Shown: positions 27,686 to 40,752 of the stretch, piece by piece | Position numbering within the stretch: the first letter of the stretch is position 1 | Layout of the letters: each line of letters opens with the position of its first letter | Assembly: GCF_018977255.1 (NCBI RefSeq) | Contig: NW_024704743.1 | Coordinates: 44,332,001-44,396,000, forward strand | Length of the DNA stretch: 64,000 nt | Direction: 5' to 3' | Source of the DNA: Callorhinchus milii | Lineage: Eukaryota | Program-made: the position numbers and the translations under genes | The notes under the pieces: model-generated | What the model was told of the DNA's origin: nothing | Databases searched by the model: none | Seen by the model: only the letters and a program-made list of their open reading frames with translations

Positions 27686-28340
27686 GAATTCACTGCAGTA
27701 AACCCTGACCCTGGGAAAGCACATTCACTAAGTGCAACGACAGCCCGTCCCTTATTCCTAGCTTTATTTCCTTTTTTTTAAAAACAACTTTATGTAAAAA
27801 TGTCCTTTTGTTCCCTGATGACTTGAAATAATTTGAGACTGTTGTTTTTACAATGAGTAGTTTTGGATCTCTACAATGCAAAGAATGTTGGAGTTGCGCT
27901 AGTAGAGAGCTTTATTGTTACATAGCTTTGTATAAGTGTGTTTCCTTTCACGTGGTCCTTGAACCATAATAGATTATATCTAATTTCTTCGTATAGGTAG
28001 TGCTTAGAACCAAGTTTTTGTACTAAAGTTAATCATGTCAGGTGCATGCTACCAGGTTAAAGCTTTGTAATAAGCTTAAATTAACAATCACTGTGCATTA
28101 TAATGATGACTGTCCTTATCAATAGCCTGGAAAAAAAATTCAAAAAGGCTGTTGATCAACACAAAAGATTTGTGTATTTTGCAAGATATCTACTTTTAAT
28201 TTTAATTTAAAAAATTAAATTTTAAAATTGAATTTTAATGCTTGTGAATTTTGAGGTAAATGCAGCTCCTGACTGTGGAACAGTTTGATGTACACTTGTA
28301 TTATTGAAGCACTCAATAAAACAGCACTATGGCTGAAATA
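27686..28340 (+). other. UBE2E2: 3' UTR of UBE2E2
   Basis: Repeat-free stretch between the stop codon and AATAAA; blocks such as aagcacattcactaagtgca and gatgtacacttgtattattgaagcactcaataaa resemble the mammalian UBE2E2 3' UTR (from recall). Confidence 0.75.
28315..28320 (+). promoter_or_regulatory. Polyadenylation signal AATAAA
   Basis: Canonical hexamer about 630 nt after the stop codon, inside the conserved-looking block, with T-rich sequence downstream. Confidence 0.75.
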
Positions 28341-28481
28341 CAGCTTACATTTTCTTTAAGCACATTTAGGGAATTAACTGTCTGTTTAAATGCCAACTTT
28401 ATTACTTTTTAAATTTTTTAATATGCTTATATAAAACATTACTTGGAGCAAAAAAAACATTAATATATAATGTATTTAGAA

Positions 28482-29094
28482 TAGAGTGAAACTTTGATTA
28501 TCTGCACCCTTGTTATCTGCCTTCCTGCCTTATTTACTATAATTTTCTCTACTTCGTTCGTCATCCCTGCTCAGCTTTCAGCTCACGGAGCTGAATTAGA
28601 GAGGCAAGTGGAACACATACCATATTGACCAAGATGGCCTTTTTGATGGATCTCTGATATAAAGACTCCCAAGAGACACCATCGGTCTCAAACTTAGCAA
28701 CCGTTAATCGGTCTCAAGAAATTGTTTATAAAACACATTTATAGTCAGTGATGAATGTGATTTGTGAATTTTAATTGCTCGTTTTAAGATTTGATTCCAG
28801 TAGAATCATTTCATACATTAGAGGATTGAATCAGACACAATTTATGTTTTACATAAGCTTGTCTCAAGATTTTTATACTTTTGAAAATTAAATCCATTCC
28901 TGAAACAAGATGATATATCTTGCTGAGAATTTGGAAGCTTTAGGATGAATAACTGTGTAATCATACACCAGTTACCAAACATGTAGTTACCTGTTCAGTG
29001 CAACCTTGGTTATCTACCAATTTCAATTATCTATCAGGGATCCTCTCCATTACGGTACAAAATCAAGGTTTCCGAGGATGATAAGGATTGTATA
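28482..29094. mobile_element. Degraded Tigger-like MITE remnant(s)
   Basis: gagtgaaactttgattatctgcacccttgttatctg and cagtgcaaccttggttatctacc resemble pogo-type ends; the right TIR is weak. Confidence 0.35.
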
Positions 29095-29340
29095 TTGAAT
29101 CAAGTATATAATTCTCTTTTCACCCCCCCCCCCCCCCCCATACAACACATTTTCTAATTTCTAATAATGTCTGAATTTGATGTTTGCCCTTTAAAACTGA
29201 CAAGTATATTAGGTGATAGGATACTGGATTTTGCAGTCACAAGAAAAATATGTAATTTTCTACCTTTCACATTATATGCATTAACTAACTAAAAAAAATT
29301 ATGTGACAATGAAGAAGGAAGATAGGAAGAATGACTGTCA

Positions 29341-29525
29341 CAACAACAACAAGATTCCATTTATAGAGCGCCTTTCACGTCGGGAGGACGTCCCAAAGCG
29401 CTGGACAGTTGGGTCAGGACCCGAGCAGGGGGGAAATGGTCAGGGTGAGGGGAGGGAAGGGAGGGAGCGAGGAGGGAGGAAATGGTCAGGGTGAGGGGAG
29501 AGAAGGGAGGGGACGAGGAGGGGGT
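29341..29525 (-). mobile_element. L2 3' UTR and tail with a tandemly duplicated purine-rich unit
   Basis: Antisense L2 tail; ggaaatggtcagggtgaggggag occurs twice. Confidence 0.8.
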
Positions 29526-30427
29526 AGTCAGCACTAGACCATCGTACATCATATAGCAACTGTGTGAACAGCAATTGCCAAAAGCTGGTGAGTAGGTTAC
29601 CTTTGGCCTAAAGAATATGTGGCTATGTTGAATTGTAAGTGTGGAAGGAATAATGAAAATAAGTATCAGTTCTTACTTCCTATTAATGAAAGCTTCAGAT
29701 GTCACATTTACTTCAGAGATTTAGGTTTCCTGGAGCCAATGGTACTTTTCCTAAGCAGGTACTTAAACAGCTATTATTTAAGGAGATAATCTCCACTTTT
29801 AACTTGACCGCTTTTATTGGGATTTAGTTCCACAGATCTAATGCATGTGTTGATTGTATTTTGCACAAAGTTCATTGATCTCACGCGCAGGCAGTTTTCG
29901 AAAAGCTCTTATGCCGTTTGTTCTTATAGCTTCTCGCTATCAGTCCCACAAGCCACAATGGAACGAACAAAAGTGTTCAATGTCAGCCTGATAGCAAGAA
30001 CCAAAAGGATGAAAGTAATCACAAAAGAGATTTGGATAAAATAGGCCATTTGATTTCATCCTTCTAGAATACCAATTCTAACACTATCTTATTAAAGCAA
30101 CAAGCTCGTTCTTAAATGTCTCCATTATAAATTGCACAAAAGGTAAATTATCTAAGCTTTATCTCCTGGATAAAATGCAAAATAGAGACTCACTAGAGCT
30201 AAAACCTTGCATCATACATAGTTGTTTCCAGGAATTGAAGTTTTCAGAAAAATGTTTGTTTTGCAGAATGCTGTATGCAAAAGCCAATCTTTTGGGGAAG
30301 AGCAAGAAAGGAAAATAGAAGAGAGTGGCTAAGAAAAACAGAAACAAGATATTTGGAAAGAAATCTGCTGAGAGATATCAAGAACATAGCTACACCCACA
30401 GTTACATCTAGTGCAGCAAACACATTT

Positions 30428-30872
30428 TGGTCAGCTGGGTGTCTTGACACAAGCTGAAACTCATTACCGTGCTTAAAGCCTATCCAAACCAAGCTGATAA
30501 TTCCATGCATCCTACCAGAGATAGATTGTTGGAATGGAATGCATACTCTCCCCCGGGAGGGATGCATCCTGCTTACCTAATTCTGGAGAATATTATGCAA
30601 AAGTTGGCCAAGACTTAGGGATGCCAGAGTGTGTGTTGGGATACTGCTGGAGTTTAGTCAGCTAAAACCGCATAGCTTGCCATTGAAAGGACCGTCTGGC
30701 AAGCTTTCCTGCTGCTTGTGCAGCTAAGACCACCCTACCTATTAGGGCTTTGTCTCACAGGATTAGCAGGAGTTGCATGGGAAGGGTCCCTGCCCTCAGT
30801 GACTGGTCTGACCTTACAAGTCCTGCTGATGAACCGGGCTGGCTGTGCTGTCATTAGCAGAGCCCTGGAATG
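30428..30872 (+). repeat. Unclassified interspersed repeat
   Basis: Shared core gcttgccattgaaa...ctggcaagctttc...cagctaagaccaccctac. Confidence 0.75.
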
Positions 30873-33800
30873 GTCAAGCAAATGCACATATTTACTTATC
30901 AGCTTAAACACCTTTGTGCTGTGGGTCAAATTGAATCAGAAACAACAATAATGTTTGTGTTGAGGGAGGCAGAGAAGGAGTTCATATAATTTTTCCAATT
31001 TTATATCTTATAATTATCAGGTCAGATCATGCAAGTAACTTAGAGTAACACATTAAGTGTATCTCACAGAAGGCATATTAGTACAATAATCTTCTTATTT
31101 GATGTAACCTGATCAAGTTGTCGAGATGCTGAAAGCACTTCACAGGATATACTGGATTCACTGTATTTTGTGGGCAAAACAGCTATAATTAGCACAAAAT
31201 TAAAGAATGCTATGGTATAGAAGTGTCATTTTCCGTGTTGCATATTGGTACAGGTGTAATTTAAAAAATCCCTGTGACAACACCTGAGTGTGGTATAGAG
31301 CTCATCTTTGTGTGAGATACGGAGGGGGTGGAATTTGGATCGCTTTATTGAAGCAAAGAAGAAGTCCCATCACTGGATCTTCACGCTTCCCGAAGGTAGT
31401 GACCTGAAGGTGCAGAATAAAACTTCTTTTCCCAGCTCTGCCATTCTTCACAGTGCTAAAACTGAAAAAAAAGTCAAGATTTATTTTGTTTTGAGAAAGA
31501 CTCTTCTGTATAATCTATTGTAGCTAACCATAGAAACAGGAAATGTGTGGCTGTTACAGTTACGTGAAAGTGAAAGAAATAAGCATGGTGTTTATAAATA
31601 GCTGTTTTAACCCAGTATTTGTATGACATTCAAAGTGATAATGCATAGTAAACTATATTCTTACACAATGAAACTTTTTTTTAAAAAGGTATGAAATTAA
31701 AGTAACCAGTGTAAAGCCATTTAAGGATTGTATATATTATATTTATAAACAACAATTTCTGGTGACAAATAAATTAGCTTCACATTTCAAAATTGTAGAC
31801 AAAAACAACAACAATATCAGCCATTTCCATTTACATGGCACCATTCACGTTGGGAAGACATCTAAAAGAGAAGGTTTTCAAGGTGGGGAGTCAGGGTCCC
31901 TGGTGGAGTGACTCCAGGAAGCAGTTCCAGAGAGCGAAATAACCAAAAGCTCACCCAGTAATGGTGGTGTAGGGTGGGCTGGGGACATGGAGCAGGCCAC
32001 TGTTAGCCGAGTGGAGGGAGTGGTCGGGTCAGTCAGGTTGCACGAGGTCACAGTGTGGCCGAGGCTGTAGAGGGATTTGAATTCAATCCTTGGGTAGATG
32101 AGGAGCCAGTGGAGCCGATTGAGGATGGGAGTGATGAGCTTGCGGATTCGTTTGTGGAAAAGGACACAGGCTGCAGATTCTGGATCTAGTTTTGTGTAGA
32201 GGGTAGTTCAGGAGTTCAGTGAGCTGTTTTGGCAGCCGGGGGTGGGGGGAGAGTTAGTGGTTGATGTGCATGATATTGCAGGGTTAAGGGAAAGCTGAAT
32301 GAATACTACCTGAATGTCAGGCTTGAAGGCCAAATTGGGTGGGGGGAGGGGTTAAACAAGGATCTGTCGCTCCACACCGGCTCCCAGTCTGTGACATTGA
32401 GTGAGCATCAGTGCAGGTCAATGGTTCAGTGCCTGAGGTAATAACGGAGCCAAGCAGGTTTGTAAAAGAAAGAATTTGTGTTTTTATAGTTCCTCTTCCC
32501 ATCAAAAAATCTCAAAGGACTTCACAAGTAATCACTGCTTTGTCAGCAAACGTCCCTCCTCTTTTCAAGTAGTGTCACTGAAAATGTTATTATGACTTCC
32601 CCTAATCTAGCAATAGCATTTTCAGTATTTGATAACTTTATAGCAGTGTTAATTGAAAACATTAAAGTAAAATAATCAGAATTGCAAAATATATGCCACA
32701 ATTTCTCAATTTTATTTTCCTCAAGAAATCCTTTTTATTTTACTGTGTTTGAGGCCTGAGAGGTATTTTAACTATACTGATCTGTAGCTTCACTGTGACT
32801 GCACTGACAGTATTTAAACACACCTTCCCTGAGGCCAGTTTGCTTACCGGAGAAAGGTTTACATACCAAGTCACACATTTTGGATTGGTTGACTTCTTAT
32901 TTCACTTACAAGGAACAGTATTTTTCCAGTTATACTGTTGCTGATTTTTGCATTGACTAGTTTTCGCCCACTGCAATCCATGTGTAGGAGTGTAAATCAG
33001 CATAATTTATATGTTCATTAGAGTTAGACAAGAGGTCAAGTGGGAGAGACACATAGATCTCTTGAAACTATTATATGGAGAAGAAAGAAAGCTTACACAC
33101 TCTGGTAGCCTTAATTCTTCAAAAAATAGACACACAAAGCATTCCTGTCTACCTTTCCAGTGAATCCTTTGGTAAATTGCCCTACACAGACATATGTGAT
33201 CTGCATGGTCAAATAGATCACGTCTTGTGGATCAGACAAGTGACTTGTGACTGGAGAATAAAGAAACTTCCAATATATTTACACAGCCAGTAACTAATAC
33301 AGCAGTATGTTATTACAGAAAATCATTATTTACACTGCGCTGTTGAAATCTCCCAGAACATGAGTGTGTTTGCCTTTCTAAGCAGGTAAGATCCCATTTT
33401 CCAAGACTGCTGAATATGTTTTTCTATTCGACTCCTGTTAAATTCATTGCAGCACTTTTAGCGTGACATATATATTGAAATGGAAAAAGCACAAAACATC
33501 TGCCTCTGCAAACAACACATGTACAGTTGTGTAATAACAGGTATGCTACTGTAATTAGCATTTTAATTACCTCCTCAAGGCTTTGATGATTAACCATCAT
33601 GCAGTAAAAAGAATGTAACATTAACCCAGACACAAGCACAAAAACAATGGGATCAAGGCTTGCCGGTTTTTAATGCTTGCTCAGCATAATCACCTCAGAA
33701 CAATTTGCATCTTCTTTCATTGTGGCATTCCTTTAGCCTAATTCTCAAAGCAATTTCTAACTGCATCAGATGTCAAGTCTACAAGTGTTATCCTTCAAAG

Positions 33801-34241
33801 ATAAATCAGTGTTTTCCTACATAAAGAAACAACAATGTGGTTATATCGTCAATTCATCAATTTCAATTTGTACATAAAGTATTTCGATCAATAGCCCAAA
33901 TTAAAAGCCCTTTGATGTGTAAAATGCTCCTTTGACTCCATTAAGAATATTGCTATAATTAAAAAATCATATTTTCTTTCTTCCCTCTTCCTCCCAAAAT
34001 GCATTACTTTTCATTTTTCTGCATGAACTTATAATAATCCTTGCATTTGATTATAGTGCCTTATCACTTCATCAACATGTCTCCAAACACTTTACAGGAT
34101 TTTACTGTGAAGGTGAAAAAAGAGACAATATTTGCTTATATACAATGAACCTTTAAAACCCTAGACTGACTGTCCCTGACTAACTCTCACCTTTTTGAGT
34201 CCTTACTAATATTATCCTTTAATATGAACTCTAAATTTTAC

Positions 34242-35372
34242 ACAACAACAACAACTTCCACTTATATAGCACCCTCCACAAAGGGTAGCATCTCAGAGCG
34301 CTTAACAGTGGCAGAGCCTGACTCCGAACTAGGTAGGGAGATGACCATAAGAACGATCAAAAAGGTAGATTTTCAGGTGGAGGGATTGAGGAAGAGTGTT
34401 CCACAGTTTCGGGGCATAGTGCGACCTTCAGTGGTGGAGCGGAGGGTGCAAGGGATGAGCAGGAGGCCATAGCCAGTCAAGCGGAGGCACTGGGTGGTGG
34501 ATTGGGGAGTGAGGAGGTCGGAGAGGTAGGGAGGTGCCAGGGAGTGATTATATTTGAACACGTGTGAGGATCTTGAAGTCGATCCATTCGGTGATGGGGA
34601 GCCAGTGGAGCCTGGCCAGAACTGGTGAGATGGGGGTATGGAGTTTGGTCCAGGTCAGTATGCAGGCAGCAGAGTTCTGAATGAGCTGGATTTTTGGAAC
34701 AGTGGAGCTGGGGAGTGCATTTGAGTAATCCAGGTGGGAGGTGACAAACGCATGCACAAGGGTTTCGGCTGCATTTGGGATAAAGTACAGTCAGAGGCTT
34801 CTGTCTTGTCCACATTCAGCTGCAGGAAGTTTGCACTCATCCAGACCCTGACGTCTGCCAGACAAGCTGATAGAACATCGGCAGACCTGGAGTCGATGCT
34901 GGAGAAGGCAAAATAGATTTGTGTGTCATCCGCATACATGTGGAAGCTTACCCCATGTCTGCAATGACGTGCCAAGAGGGAGCATATAGATGAAGAAAAG
35001 AAGAGGACCAAGGATGGAGCCCTGGGCTGGAGGAGAAACCATTTGCCGAGATGAAGTGGTGGCAGTTGGTTAAGTAGGACTTGAAGCATGCAAGTTCGGT
35101 CCCACAAAGATGGATGAAGGAGAAGAGGCAGTGGAGGAGGATGGCGTCGTCGACTGTATCGAACACTGCAGAGAGATCCAGGAGAACGAGGAGGCAGAGG
35201 GAGCTCTGGTCACAGATGGAGAGGATGTTGTTTGTGACTTTGACAAGCCATATCTCTGTGATGTGGGCCGGGCGAAAACTAGCCTGCAGGGGCTCGAGGA
35301 GGGAGAGGTGTGACCGAAGTTGACTTGCAACAATGCATTCCAGGACTTTAGCAAGGAAGGGTAGGTTGGAAA
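34242..35372 (-). mobile_element. L2 LINE, RT through 3' tail, with deletions
   Basis: LLDLSAVFDTVD, HMYADDTQIY, LARLHWLPI; (CAA)n tail at 34242. Confidence 0.9.
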
Positions 35373-35420
35373 TGACACCAAACAGAAGTGGCACAAACTG
35401 GTTTATCAAATCATCCTGAA

Positions 35421-35769
35421 GTGGAGTCCTGTAGCTCAGTGGTTAGAGAACTCGCCTCGCAAGCAAGAGATCTGGGTTCGATTCCCAGCAGGGCGAAATG
35501 TTGAGCAAGTTTTCTTACTGTACACGCCTCTGTTTACCTCGCAGTAAGTAGGAACCTGGTTGTTAGTCAATTGGAGAGCGCTTTTAATAATTCCTTCCAA
35601 AAAAAACAATTGATCACTCAATCCACGATTGTTTGTAGGAAACTGCTGTGCGCAATTGGCTGCCGCTTTTCACTTTACAGTATATTCTGTGAAGTGCTTT
35701 GAGACGTCTTGAAGAGGTGAAAAGGTGTTATATCAAATACAAGGATTATTATTATCATCATCATCATAA
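35421..35769 (+). mobile_element. SINE, long subfamily, full length
   Basis: tRNA head, extra central segment ctctgtttacctcgcagtaagtaggaacctggttgttagtc, L2-type tail. Confidence 0.88.
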
Positions 35770-37759
35770 TTTCTCGTCTTATTCCTCTCCTGTTCTTGAA
35801 CAAGGATGTTACAATAGTTATCCTCCAGCCTTCTGGCACAATATTCCTTTCCAAATATGTTTAGAAATTATGGTCACAGCCTCCACTATCTCTCTCAACT
35901 TCCTGAGGAAAAATAATGTCCAAAAAACGAAAAATAAAAATAAATCACCTTTAAAGAAAACGTCAATTTACAATACAATTGAAATTTACTGAAGAGTATA
36001 ACTGACAAGAAAACCATAAAGGGTTTCACTCTCTAGTCATCAGTAAACTTACGTAGAATGGCAGAAAAGAATATTACATTTCCCGCTGTTCCATAAATGG
36101 ATGGACCTTAGCCTGTGTGTTTAGAAATTAATTTTACATTGAATGTGACTGCCCACCAAGATCTATTGTATCAATTTATTGCTGACTGGAGAAACAAATT
36201 ATCTAAACCAGTGGGGTGAAAAGGCATTTGAGTAGGAATACAGCATCGTAAATTGTAAGGCCCCTCAAGATACAAAGTGTCTCACGCAAAGAGCCCCATG
36301 CATGTCACTTTGACTCACAGGAGCCCTGTTCTGCTAAAATCTCCTGAGATCTGCTGGGCTTCACTGAAGACCCACTTTTGCTTCACAGCTGTTTGTGGGA
36401 CATTGTTGTGTGCAAAATGGTTGCAGAGTTTACCTACAAATACACACTCACTACACGTTATACAAATCCTATCAAACCATTTGCAATGTCCTCCTGATGT
36501 GCAAGTCTCCATATAAAATGCAAGGATTATTATTATTACCTTACATCTCAAGGTGCTGCGTTACGCCCACAAATATACGGTCAATTCACTTTACAGTTTT
36601 TTCTGTGAAGCGCTTTAAGACGTCTAGAAGTCGTGAAAAGCACTATATCAAATGCAAGGATTATTATTATTATTATATTCATATAGGTCTGTACTTTTAT
36701 TTTTAATTGAAATATACACATTTGGAGCACTCATCAGCCTGTATTAAATACCCATCAATTGGTACTCCTGAAGTTGTCAGGCAGCCTTGCTGTTTGTGTA
36801 GATTACACCAGCCACAAAGAAGCCCAAACTGAACCTTTAAATCCTACTTTTTACTTCAGTCACGCTTTTCTCATCCTCGCATATTTCTACACGTTATCTG
36901 AAGTGAACCAGAAAATGACTAGTTGTACATTCATCAAAGTGCCTGCTGTTTCACAGTTCCTGCATGACATTCTGAAATGTTCTATTTATATTTAAAAGAC
37001 CATGAATTTTAAGCATCTGACATGGTTGCATTGCTCTATGTCAGCCTCTTTTGCAGTGACACATGTACACTCCACTTGCCCTCGGTACTACAGTGGGCGT
37101 CTGTCAAACGTCAGTCACTAAAAATGGAGACTTTCTTTTTGTGTTAAAAATGGGATTTCCCATTATAAACATATAATGAAAAGATTGTTATTTTAGTCTT
37201 CAGCGTATGATAGACTCCAGTGTGTCAATCCCTCAGAGACACAGAGAGAAGATAAATGCATGGTTGGAAATCTGGCTTACATTGCCTTTCTGGGGTTTAT
37301 CTCTCTCACACAAACACACAAATGAAACCAAAGCAGCACTACTTTGGGAGATGAGGAAAAGTCATTCACACATTTTGGAGCCAGTAATTCAGACTAATAT
37401 AGCCTGACAACAGCTCCTAATGTATGTTTAATTGGATTATGCTTCTCCATGAATTAAATTGCAGATTCAGGGTGAGTTGGCAAGAATGAGGTGTGTGCAA
37501 GGGGTGAGATAAAAGGCAAGGGGTATGGGTGAGGGTGAGAGGTGGGGGTAAGGTGAGAGGTTGGGACTGAGGGGCAGATATTTTATATCTAGCAAAGTTC
37601 ATGGTGTAACTGAGCAAGATGATTTTCATGGGTGGGTGGAGATGGAAAGGAAAAACAAGGGTCAGGCACAAATTAATGCTGTGTAATGGGACTGGGAAGG
37701 GGAGAAGAGACACTGTTTGATGTAGTTCTAGGATAATCACCAGTGACACAAAATATGAT

Positions 37760-38187
37760 ATAATAATAATCCTTGCAAATAATATAGCACCTTATCACAC
37801 CATTGAGAAGTGTCAAAGTGCTTCAAAGGACACACGGTAAAGTGGTGTGACTGTATTTTGTTGATGAACATGGCAGTCAATTTGTGCACAGCATTGTCCT
37901 GCAAAGAACCATTGAATGAGTGAGCAATTTTATTTGAGGGATTGCTGGTGAGGACACTATGAGAAACTCCCTTCACTTTTCAAGTGAATGAGATCTTTAA
38001 TATCTACCTGAACAGAAAGATTGAACCTTGGTTTAATACCTCATCTAAAGGATAGTATCTCTGACAATGCAGCACTATATTGGAATGTCAGCCTAGATAA
38101 ATATAAATTACAACTATCGATGTAGGGCTTGAACCCACAACCTGTTGACTCGGAGGCAAGAGTGCTACCAACTGAGCCAGAGTGACA
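37760..38187 (-). mobile_element. Old DeuSINE (SacSINE1/AmnSINE1-like)
   Basis: Antisense Deu-like core ctgaacag...ggtttaatacctcatctaaaggatagtatctctgacaatgcagcact, tRNA head gaacccacaacc...ctgagcc, L2-type tail. Confidence 0.7.
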
Positions 38188-38610
38188 TAGCTGCAAAAGG
38201 AACAGCTGCAGATGTTTTTGCTGTGGAAAAGCAGCTTTCAAATTAGTGAATTTTCCAAACTCCTCAACAATGTTACATTTGAAAATTATTATCTGTAACA
38301 CCTACTATAGTTTCAGAATTAAAAATCTTTTGTACAGAAGGCAGCCATTCAGCCCATCGTGTTTGAGCCACTGTTACCAAATTATAGGCCATAGATCCCA
38401 ACTTAATCACAATTAATCACACATCCCTGAGTCTTTGTGATTAATTGCTTTCCCCACCATTCAATACCTCTCAGTACTGGGTTAACTGACTGTCCTCACT
38501 TGTGTCTATGCCTTCTGCTGGACTCTCCTTTGGCTCTATCTACTTCACATCGATAAAGCTCGACAAAGAAGCAATATTCTGTGAAGCACTTCGAGACATC
38601 CCAAAGACAT

Positions 38611-38760
38611 AGTAATAAATATAATAATCCTTGCATTTGATATAGCACTTCATAGAATATATTTATTTATTTATTTTTGAGGGATTATTATCTGGTGTGT
38701 GGAGTAAGGAAATTTGCCCAAGGTTTCGCCCTGCTGGGAATCGAACCCAGTTCTCTCGCC
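38611..38760 (-). mobile_element. SINE, internally deleted, inserted into a sense SINE tail
   Basis: Tail and head fragments; the host tail is split at gacat|tgataagg. Confidence 0.8.
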
Positions 38761-38983
38761 TGATAAGGTGCTACATTAAATGCAAGGATTTTTGTTATTA
38801 GAAACAAATGATAAAATAATGAACAAAAATTTACAGGAAAGGAAATAAAATGTAAAAAAGTTTTTATAAAGGACAGAAGCTAAATCGACAAAGAAGCCTT
38901 TGAAACGAGAAACAAAAGAAAATGTGGAAGAAAAATTAAAAGGAGATAATTATTCAAACAGAGTTTGACAGCCTGCTTTACAT

Positions 38984-39588
38984 ACAACAACAACTAAATT
39001 ACATTTGTATAGGGCCTTTCACATCGGGAGGATGTCTCAAGGTGCTGGACAATCAGTGTTTCGGACCCGAGCTGGGAATCGGGATTGGGGAGGGTGGAGG
39101 GCGGGTGAGGAGGGTGAAGAAATGAGTGATCGAAAGCCGGTCGAAGAAGACAGTCTTGAGACGGGTCTTGAAGGAGGCAAGGGAGTGGGGGATGAGGCTG
39201 AGTGACTGCAGGATTGAGTTCCAGAGGGTGAGAGTGGCTGACGGCCAATGGTGGGGTGGATGAGGCGGAGCGTGAAGCAGCCCGGAGCTCACTGAGTAGA
39301 GGGAGAGGGAAGGTTGGTAGGGAGTTAGGAGGTCACAGAGGTAGGGGGGGAGCAAGGCCATGAAGGGCTTTGAAGGTGAGCACCAGTATCTTGAACTGTA
39401 TCCTTTGTGTGATGGGAAGCCAGTGGAGTCAGCCAAGGATGGGGGTGATAGTGTCATGGGACCTGGTGCAGGAGAGGACATGGGCTGCAGAGTTCTGGAT
39501 GATCTGCAGCCTATGGAGGGAGGAGTTAGGCTGGCCTACAAGCAGGGAGTTTGCACAGTCAAGCTTTGATGTAATGAATGCGTGCATG
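38984..39588 (-). mobile_element. L2 3' fragment
   Basis: Tail catcgggaggatgtc; LWNSI...FKTRLKT. Confidence 0.9.
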
Positions 39589-40194
39589 AATAATAATAAT
39601 CATAATAATCATTGCATTTGATATAATGCATTATCACGCCATTGAGACATCTAAAAGCACTTCACAGGATATACTGTAAAGTGGAATTAGCGTGTATTAA
39701 GATCAGGGAGTGGCTCAATCAGGTCAAGTCTGAGTCAATCTACTTGTTAAAAATGATCAAATTTCTGCTTCAGGCCCCTGAGTGCCTGGATGAAGAAAAG
39801 CAGCTGTAGCGACAGCAGGGGCTGAAGGTTTCTGTTCAACTTTCACAGCAGTCACTCCTGACCATTTCCTTGACTCACTTCCTCTCCTCACCACAGTCAA
39901 TGATCATCTGGTAATGGTGATTTCTTTCTTCCCCACCACTTGCAGGTTAATCATTGCCGCCTCCATACTATGCAGCCCTGAGCAAGCAGTAATGTGACGT
40001 GCCTTTAAACGTCTGCCTTTGATAGCCTTACGCTGGTTGCTCAGAAATGTAAAGGAGTAAAAGGAGGTTCAGGGCACTTTTAAAAGATGATTTCTTTGCA
40101 CCTCCCCCAGTGGAATTTTTCTTCACATCAGAGACAACACAATTTTGTATGGTCTAGCCTTAAAATTGTGTGAAATTTTGGAAAATAGGCGTCA

Positions 40195-40490
40195 ACCAGG
40201 CTCAATTAGTATTCTCATCTCTGAGCCAGAATGTTGTGGGTTGAAGCTCATCATTGAGAGTTTAAGTTAGATTGTCTTAGGGAGGGAGTGTTGCATTATC
40301 AGAGATGCTGTCTTCAGATGAGATGTTAAACAAATGTCTGCCTGTTTAAGTGGACGACAAAGCTTCCATAGCAATATTCATAATAAGAAGGGAGTTTCTC
40401 CTGTTTTGGCAACAATCCTCCAGGTAAAAATTGACTTCATTCACTTCAAAGGTGTTTGTGAACACTGCCGTGCTGCCACATTTGCCTACA
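40195..40490 (+). mobile_element. Old DeuSINE
   Basis: ggctcaattagt head; gcattatcagagatgctgtcttcagatgagatgttaaac core. Confidence 0.65.
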
Positions 40491-40491
40491 A

Positions 40492-40752
40492 ATAATAATA
40501 ATAATACTTGTATTTGACACAGCGCCTTATCACGTCTTCAAGATGTCTCAAAACGCTTCGCATAATATACTGTAAAGTGAATTGACTGCATATTTTGAAA
40601 CGCGGCAGCTAATTGCGCACAGCAGTGTCACACAAAAAGTCATGGATTGAGTGATCAAATTATTTTTATTTATTTTGAAGAAATAATTACCCCCCGGAAA
40701 AGTGATCCGCCAATTGACTAACAACCAGATTCCTACTTACTGCTAGGTAAAC
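40492..40752 (-). mobile_element. SINE, long subfamily, 5'-truncated
   Basis: Antisense tail plus central segment. Confidence 0.85.

Noticed and set aside
27813..27830. ctgatgacttgaaa as a hammerhead core in the 3' UTR
   Set aside because: No room for stem II and no compatible stem III or cleavage triplet.
29123..29139. Poly-C run (17 nt)
   Set aside because: Simple homopolymer with no supporting context.
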